A stretch of DNA of 64,000 bases from Phaeosaccion multiseriatum (lineage: Eukaryota > Protista > Ochrophyta, other classes), in the NCBI GenBank assembly GCA_965112735.1, contig OZ218954.1, forward strand, positions 2,294,001 through 2,358,000, given 5' to 3'. Shown piece after piece: positions 55,645 to 64,000 of this stretch (position 1 is the stretch's first letter; each line of letters begins with the position of its first letter). Under the pieces are notes generated by a model. The model searched no databases, was not told the DNA's origin, and saw only the letters and a list, made by a program, of their open reading frames with translations. Position numbers and translations under genes: made by a program.

Positions 55645-58186
55645 ATGGCGGACGCGGACCAGGCGGCTCCCACCGCCGCTAAGGAATCGTCGGATCCTCC
55701 GATCCATGCAGAGGACGCAGCAGCTGCAGAAAATGGAGGGGGGGACGGGGAGGGAGGAGACGGGGCCGTTTTCACGGCATCGGAAGAAGAGGGCGCAGCA
55801 ACAGCTGTATCAGCTGCAGGAGACGGCGGGGAAGGCTCATCACCAGCAGATGAAGCATCAGCAGCGGAGCAGGAAGAGCAGAAGGAAGATGAGAAGGAGC
55901 CGTCGGCCCTGGGGGGCGCCACTGCCCAGTCAGCAGAGAATGCGGAAGAGGAGGAGACTGTAGCGAGACCGCTTAAGCTTTTCATCGGCCAGGTGAGGAA
56001 GGGAACGCGGACGAATCATAACTTCAACACATGGATGCTGTTTGTTGCTTTGTGAGGTACACGAAGCCTTCCGCTCTCTGGGTATTATCGCCAAATGTTG
56101 TCACCAGTTGCGGCGAAGTAGGCCCGGTCAAAGTATATCGGAGTGCCACATTGGCATGCTGACCGGAAGACCTGGTACTCGTGCATTGTTCACTTCCCCC
56201 CTCTCCCTCCAATAGGTACCACAACACATGCAGGAGGATGACCTTCGGCCCCTACTGGAGCAGGCGGGCCCTATCAGCGACATCTCCATCATCAGAGACC
56301 GCACAAGCAAGGCTCACAGAGGTGCGCGTGTGCCACAAGCGTGGGGCAATGCTGCTGCAGGGCAAGGCTTAGGTTTCGTACTTACTCACCTCCAAACAGT
56401 GGCCAGGAAATGGGGCCGTACTCTCCGCACTGTGAGGAAGAATGGGCAGTGTGCTCAGTGCAGTAGTGTACGAGAGGGGAGATTCAGATTTCGCTCTCTC
56501 CGCTCTCTTTGTTCCCCGCAAAGCGTTTACCTTTTCTGCTCCCCCCCCCCACCCCACCTCCTCCCCCCCCTTGGCTCCTCCTAGGGTGTGCCTTTGCCAC
56601 GTACAGCCGGAGACAGGATGGCGAGAAGGCGATAGAAATGTTCCATGACAAGGTGAAGCTGCCCCAGGTGAGCTTGCGACGGGAGAGGCTGAGACGGAGA
56701 GGGGGAGGCTGCAGTGGGTTGGTGATCCACGGCTGCCTATGTTGCCCAAAGCCCGTCTCACTATGCACCATATGGGGTCTTTGCCTTGTAGGGATCAAAT
56801 TCTTTGCAGGTCCGGGCGGCTGATTCCCATGCAAACCGCGAGAACAAGCTCTTCATTGGCATGCTGCCCAACAGCGTTGATGACCAAGGTCTCAGAGAGT
56901 TGTTCGGAAAGTTTGGCGCCATCAGAGAGGTGAGTAACGACAGGAAAGGAAGCGGGGGGAAGAGGAGGAGGAGGAGGAGGAGGAGGAGGAGGAGGAGGAG
57001 GAGGAGGAGGGAGGAGGAGGAGGAGGAGGAGAGCCGGGAGGGATGATCGAGCCCGTATTAGCCGTCGGATAGGGGGAGAGGGGGACGCTGACGACAGACG
57101 ATGGGGGCTCGTTGGGAAGCAGAGCATCGCAACGAGAGCACGCGCGGAGAAAGCAGGTGGATGAGCGCATGACCGGAGGGGAGGAAAGGCCTCTGCTCGA
57201 CATTTCTTTTCTCTCGTGGCGGCACTTCGCACACATCCCCTTACCTGAATCTCCCCTGTTCTCCTTGCATGCCGGCTGTCTTTGTCTCACCGCCCAGATC
57301 CACATTATGCGGAGTATGGACGGAAGTCGCAAGTGCTGTGCCTTCCTCAAGTACGCGGAGCGCGCGCAGGCCCTGGCGGCCATCGACGGCCTCCACGACG
57401 TGTTCACCTTCGCTGGCTCCAGCAGTCCTCTCGTCGTCAAGTTCGCGGATGTCAACAAGAGAGCGCAGCAGATGCAGCAACATCAGCAGCAAAACCACCA
57501 CCAGCACGCACTAAAGTACGACAGCGGCCACCCCCATGGTCGGTCGGGATTCCACAACCCCAACAACATGTAAGCCCACGTGCAGGATAGACGGCCCCCA
57601 AGCGTCGTGGGTGGGCTGTCAATATATGGCCTCACAACTTGTGGTGCGGGGCAGGCTGTGGGACGTGCCACACGCACTCCCGAGTCGGCTCGTGAGCACC
57701 GTCAGGGCGGTTCCTGACCGCCGCTTTGCTCCCGTCCTCCCTCTCCTCCCCTGACTCTGGCTGTGCCCCATGGCCTCCTCCCTCCTCTCGATGCTCATTG
57801 CAGGGGCCGCGGGCACGGTGGGGCCATGAACGACGGCCAGGGAGGGGGCAACGCCGCGACCATGGCGAGCAACTATTGGCAGGCCTACAGCCAGATGCAG
57901 CAGCAGGCCAACCTCTACTTTCGGTACAACAATGGCTCGTACGGGTGAGCAGCACAGCAGGGAGGCCCACTACGGCGGTGCATACCATTGTCACCCATGT
58001 GGCACGTGTTTAATTTTTGTGTCGAATCGGTTGGTGCTTCTTGTCCCTCCCTCCCTCCCTCCCTCCCTCTCCCTTTGTGTCTGGTGCTGCAGGGGCATAC
58101 CTCCGTACCCCATGTTCCCCTTGCCGCCGCCGTACGCAGGCGCCGCAGGCGGCCCCATGCCCCCCAACTTCCCGTACTACCCCGAT

Positions 58187-58245
<59 letters not shown>

Positions 58246-59440
58246 TCAGCAGCACCCACAACAGCAACAGCATCACCACCACCACCACCAACAGCGGCAG
58301 CAGCCACATTTGCAGCATGCGCCGCCGCCCCAACAGCAGCATCCGTCGCAGCAGCAGCAACAACTGCAGCAACAGCAACTGCAACAGCAGCAGCAGCAGC
58401 CGCAGCCGCCGCACGAAGCGTTGGGGCGCATGAGCCTCATGAGTGCAGAGCCGTACTACGGGGGGGGGGAGAGCGCAGGGGCGGAAGATGGAAGTGGCTT
58501 CTCTGGAGGGGGTGGTCCTCTCATGTCACCCCCGATGGGGCAGCAGCAGCCGCAGCAGCAAATGAATGGGGCAATGGGAGGGGGAGGGGTCATGTCTCCA
58601 GGGGGGTTAAGTCCAAGTATGGGAGGGGGCATCAACGGACAGCACTTGCCGCCTACGAAAATGGGGGGCGCGTACGGAGCGGGGGCGGAGGGAGGAGGAG
58701 GAGCGGGGGCGCTGAGGGGAGGGGACGGGGAGAGATCTTCATCGAGGCCCTTGGAGGGTCCTCCGGGAGCCAATTTGTTTATATACCATCTCCCTCAAGA
58801 CCTCACAGACGCTGTGAGTATGAGTGGTCGGGGAAGAAGAGGAGAGACTGCTGCCAGCCTCTCTGGCCTACCCGCCTTCTCGCCTTTGCCTGCTGGTCTA
58901 CTGCGCTGTTTGATTTATCTCATGTACACCCTCCCCTCGCGCCTTTCCACTGCTCCTCCCACCTCCTCCTCACACGCTGTTGCGTCTTTCCCTTCCCCTG
59001 CTGCCTTGGTTTCTCAGGATTTGGCCACAGCCTTTGCCCCCTTCGGGAATGTGATAAGCGCCAAGGTGTTTGTGGACCTGCAGACCGGCCTGAGCAAAGG
59101 CTTCGGTTTCGTGTCGTACGACACTGCTCTGTCGGCAGACACGGCCATCCAATCGCTCAACGGCTTCCAGATCGGCGACAAGCGGCTCAAGGTCAGAGGG
59201 GGGGTGTGCAGGTGTAGCGGCTTCTTTGGTTCTGGGGTTTAATACCCGCCGCCACTCGGGGGGGGGGGGAGAGGCGGCGCCAAGCAGACCACTCGCTTGA
59301 GGCGATGGCAAGAAGGAAGAGGTTCCCCGCATCCCCCGCACCTCCTGACTTGCCTTGACGGTCTGCCTGCCTCGTCTCTTGTACAGGTGCAACACAAGCG
59401 CATAAAGAATAATAACGGAGGGGTGAAGGAGGGCTCGTGA
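55645..59440 (+). CDS. CELF/Bruno-like RNA-binding protein (3 RRMs, Q/H-rich linker)
   Basis: LKLFIGQ|VPQHMQEDDL..HRG|CAFAT, ENKLFIGMLP..KCCAFLKY..PLVVKFAD, EGPPGANLFIYHLPQDLTDA|DLATAFAPFGNVISAKVFVD..TGLSKGFGFVSYD..LNGFQIGDKRLK|VQHKR. Confidence 0.95.
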
Positions 59441-60310
59441 CGGGAGAGGCGAACCCAAACGCCCACGAGGAGCCGCCCCCCCCTCTGTGGGAAAACACGG
59501 GATGAGAACGGATCAAGAGGCCCAAATTCTGCACTCGGTGTGCGGGGTGCGTAGGGCGCTCACCCCTTCGGCGTTTCAGAAGTTTCGCTCCACTTTCCTG
59601 GTACCCTTCGCGTGTTGGGGGAATGTGGTGGGCATCTGCTATGCGCCCGTTTGGCACCGCTGGCTTGATGCTCGTGGCTACGATAAGAGGCCGGAGCAGC
59701 AACTCTTCTTTTTCTTTAACTCAATTATCTTATGTTTTTTATTATACAGCCTCCTTTTAGTTTGTTTTACACTTGTTCCTTCAAGCGAACAGTCAGGCTG
59801 CCATCACTCTACCTCACGCTCACTTGAGAGAGGGAGGTGAGAATAGGCTACAACTCGAGTGCAAGCAGCCACAAGGAATCCTCAATGGGGAGGAGCGACT
59901 GCTTTATCTTCAGTTTCCGCTTGGCATGCTTTAGATAGAATCGTTCCAAGTGGGGGGGCAGCCAGCGAGAGGTCTTCGGCTGTCAGAGGCTCAAGACCCA
60001 CATCCTGCTCCTCTACAAGTACAAGTAGTACTGCGGGAGGCCACGAGATGACGCCTACGCCTTCCATTTCAGGAAGGTGGACTCCGCGAGCAGCAGTTGG
60101 TGATACAGCTGCTCACAGTTTTCCCGCCCGAATAATGTGTCCTGTGAGGAGCCCCTCATTGCAAAGCAAAAGGAGTCAAGGAGGGCGCGAGAGGTCATAG
60201 CGTCTCCTGCTCAAGGTGGCAGTGGTGAAGCTCTAGCAGTCTCCTGCTGCCCATTCCGTCAGTCGACTCGGAGTCGACATCCTCAGCCTCCCCCCCCCCC
60301 CATCCAAACA

Positions 60311-63300
60311 TCACACACCCTCCCACACCCAGCGGTGTGCATCGGAAGAGTCGTGATTCTCGCCAAGCATCGGCTGCAGCGCGGTTGGTTGATCAGCCTG
60401 CAGCTCCGCTTCTGCTTCCCACAGAGCGAGCGTCGCCGCCGGGGGCCAAGGCGAGGCGCCCTCTGAAGGCCCTGACGGCGGCACCACCAAAGAGATTTTG
60501 TGCTCCATTGCGGCGGCAGCTCTGCTCATCGCCGGCGAGCCTAGGCTCGGAGTCATTCCTGGCTCGGAGGGTACGACGGCCTGGGAAGGGTGCTGGGGCG
60601 TAGATGAGTGGCCGCCGATCCCACTGCCCCACCAGACAGCAGCACTGCTATAGCTTGTTGGCTCGTCGGAGCAAGGAATGGCATGATCCGTTGCTGGCAG
60701 CTGAGGCTCCTCATCATGACAGAGCGGGAGCCCGGGCCAGAACCATGTTTGGTGGAGCAGCGGGGCGGCGTTCGGCGGCTGCTGCTCCTCTGCTTGCACG
60801 CCTTCAACTCTTGCTTGTGCTGCTCCTTCTTGGAGGTCCATCACGGCCCTGCCGTTCCCTCTGGCACACCACCAGCGGTCTTGGCGTGCCCCCCTTTGTC
60901 CCTCTCCCTCGGCGGTAGCTCCTGTCTCACTTTGCACGGAGGTTTGCCCACCGGAGTCTCCCCCTTGAACCTCGTCCCTCCAGCGACCGCGATTGGTAGT
61001 AGGAGTAGCAAGTGTACCTTTTTCGCGGTCCAAGACAAGGGAAGCAGCTCCTGAGAGTGTCGCAAGTCCCACTTTGTCTTGCTCCCCCCCCAGCTGGGGC
61101 GTGGCCATGCACGACAGCCCGGAAACTTCAGGCAGAGGGGCAAGACTGCAGGTGGCGGCGGCTGAAACTGCTGTCGCTGCTGGTGATGATGATGATGATG
61201 GTGGTGGTGCTGGTGCTGGTGATGATGATGATGGTGGTGGTGCTGGTGGTGGTGGTGATGCTGGTGTTGGTGCTGGTGCTGGTGCTACTGCTGGTGCTAC
61301 TGCTGGTGCTACTGCCAGTGCCGCTGCCGCTGCTGCCGCCGACAGTGCCGCTGCTTCAGACGCGGCCGTGGCCTGTGCGGGGGTCGGGTTTCTTCCCCTC
61401 GCCGGCTTCCAAATTCGCCCTCGTGCGTTGACGAACCAATTGTCAAGCTGAGGAGACAAATGGCATGAGCGTGACGAGCCAGGGAGAGCGATGAAGCAAG
61501 CAAGGCGAAGGCAAACAGGACGAGAGGCAAACAGGGCGGGGCGTGAGAGGTGTAGAGCCCAGAAGCGAGGGAGTTGGTCACCCCGGTGTTCAGAGTCGCA
61601 AAGGTGAGTCGGAGGCTGCGAAGCTGTGGGACCTCGAAGATGAGAAGTAAGCAAGAAGCAGTCGGGGGCTCTCCGTGACGCGGAGACTGAAGGCAAGGGC
61701 TATAGGCCGTTCGGAGACATCGTGGCGCTAGCTGCGCCCCCCCCCCCGGCTCCGTCCTATCCAGCCCACCACCGAGCGTGGCCGAGAGACACTTCATTCC
61801 CACCTGTTTCCTCGAAATATCGCACTCCCGCATGAGCTGCTTCTTCTCCTCCTCGCTGGGCAGGGGGTTGTTCCAGTGCTCCAGCAGCCAGGCTCGCAGA
61901 CGACGCACGCTCGCGGTGGGGAGCCGCTTGTAGCATCGTTTTGCCCCCTGTGTCGTCGCCCTTGCCTCCCCTCTCCCAGGCGGGCCTCCTCCTGAGCCTG
62001 CTTCTCGGATGCCCTCCTGCTCTCTCGGCTGGGCCTGGCAGTGATGAGCATTTCGCAGGCCGTGGGGTGGATCGCCCCGACCCCCTCCTCGCTGCGACGG
62101 TAGACGGTCTTCTTGCACTTGGCTTGCTTTGTCTGTCCCCGTCTCCTCTCTGCCGTCTGCGGCGCCCTTCGAGGCTCGCTGCTCGAGCCCTCCCCTCAGG
62201 TGAGAGTGGCAGGCCGACTGGCTGTGCTGCCTTGGCTGCGGGCAGCGGAGCTCGGCGGACAACGACGGAGGCAGGGGTGAAATAGAGCCCCCCCCTCCGC
62301 TCGCGACGGGCAGGAGGCGCTGCTTGCCCCCGCTGCCGCTGCTGCTGCCCGCCCCTCTTTTAGTCTCGCTAGGACGCCCATGACTGTCGCTTCCTCCCGT
62401 GCGACACTCTTTACCGTCGCAGCCAGCACGAGACGGTGCAATGAGACAGCACAGAGGGGTTTCAACGGTGGTTAGTGGGTGTGAGTGCCAAGTCATTGGA
62501 GTGAAGACAGTCGACGATATAGCGAAGTGGGGAAAGACAATCCCCGGGTAGCTAGGTAGGCTTACCGACGCTTCTGAGGACGAAGGGAGTGGATGGAGGT
62601 GCGACGATGCCAGGCGACTGCGGACCTTGCTGCTCCCTTCCTGCTTCCACCTCTGTTGGGAGACCTCCTGCTCGGGGTGGGGCTACGAGAACACGGGGTG
62701 CTGGGACTGTGGCACCGTCTGTCAGTGAGTCAGAATCCAGTGCAGCGGTGCCAGTGGTGCCCTTTGGCCGCAGGAGAGGGTCCGACACTGCAAGTAGCAG
62801 CTTTTCACACGCGCAGATGGTTCGCTGCAAGACCTGCGGGAGGGATCAGAGTAGCAAGAGCCGCCGTCAGACAGAAGAGACGGCGGACCACGTCAAAGTA
62901 TATCCCGAAGCTAGTTGCACTGCAGACATGGCGAGCCAGGGCCACGTCTCTGTGCAGCAGGGCATCTTCGAGCAAGACAAAGGTAAGCACACCGGCGCTA
63001 CCACCGCGTGTCTTTCCGAGGAGCTGCTGCATCACCTGCTTGTAGGCCATTGCGACCTTGTATTGAGTCGCTGTGGTGAGGAGCACGTGGTCGCTCGCGT
63101 CCGTAGACGACAGACCCATGCATCGCTGCAGATCAACAAGCGCACAGGTTCAGTGTTAGCCATCCTTAGAGGACAAGACATGGGGGCTGGCTTGAGGCCC
63201 TGATAGACACTGATCACGCAGATAGCCTCTAATGATTAGACCAAGAGAGCATTGCTTCTCTTCCACGCCCCAGTCACTCTTGTCGATCAGCCGCTCCAAC

Positions 63301-64000
63301 CACAATAGAGGAAGGTCTCTCCTCTCACCTTGGCAGCGTCCATGGCGCTCAGTCGGGCATAGTGGAAAGAGTAGAGGTTATTTGCAAACGCCCTGGAGCC
63401 AGGAAGGCGCGCAGCGACCACGGCACGCACCGCCACCAGTCACAGAGCAAGAGAGAGATTCGGCGTGAGAGGTCCCCTCCAGCCATTGATGGGAGTCTCT
63501 TGCCTTCAGCAAGTATCTCTACAATACCACCAAAGAGCATACAGTACAAGCAGTCGATACCACGCACACAAGGTACCACCGCTCCCTGCTCTCGCTCGAC
63601 TCGACTCGTCGAGAAACCGCCATCGCTCCGCACGCACCTCATTTGAAGCCTTGCGGTGGCGCACAGGGCGTCCGCCTGCCTCGCGAGCGCGGGCTTTGAA
63701 GCGGAGGAGGTGCGCGTGAAGCACTCCATGACGGACTGCAGCCGCTCGGCCAGCTCCGTGTTCTGTGAGGTCTGGCGGAAGAGCTTGTCTCGCGCGAGAT
63801 CAATGCGATTCTGAATGACACTGACGTCTTCTGTGCAAGGCTCGGCGGAGGGATGAGGTCCTGTCGGAGCTCGGGCCGCTGCTGCAGCGGCTCCTAAGCG
63901 AGCGCCGCGGTGTGGCGGGGACGTGCTCCTCGACGCGGGAGATGTGTCCGCTGCCGTCTTCTCGGTCCCGACAGTGGGCAGCGCTGTCCGAGGTACCGCT
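60311..64000 (-). CDS. TALE-class homeobox transcription factor (5' end outside window; exon structure and 3' end approximate)
   Basis: KRLPTASVRRLRAWLLEHWNNPLPSEEEKKQLMRECDISRKQ|LDNWFVNARGRIWKP, joined across GT-AG intron 61803-61448. Confidence 0.88.

Overview
Eukaryotic, intron- and microsatellite-rich genomic DNA, most likely from a photosynthetic stramenopile (ochrophyte). This is inferred from a CryptonS-type element, a signal peptide with an 'SA|F' plastid-type presequence, and GT-AG introns. The first ~8.5 kb is a nested mobile-element region. A degenerate Ty1/copia-type LTR element (5' LTR tail 1-17, 3' LTR 6949-7131) has its long ORF split by an apparently intact Crypton tyrosine-recombinase transposon (600-4173). 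The Crypton has CGGT direct repeats, symmetric palindromic arms, and a PHD-like finger one frameshift away from its reading frame. Directly downstream is a spliced, C-terminally truncated Fanzor/TnpB-like RNA-guided nuclease gene (7493-8519). The rest is a gene-dense housekeeping region, often in head-to-head pairs: F-box/JmjC protein, multi-pass membrane protein, SDHA, CLPTM1, PQ-loop (MPDU1-like) protein, Nudix hydrolase, RCC1-BTB protein, EH-PX-BAR sorting nexin, Cys-rich Ig-like surface protein, ATPase-domain-only Hsp70, CELF/Bruno RRM protein and a TALE homeobox gene. Gene models were spliced by eye and family calls come from motif recognition, not database searches.
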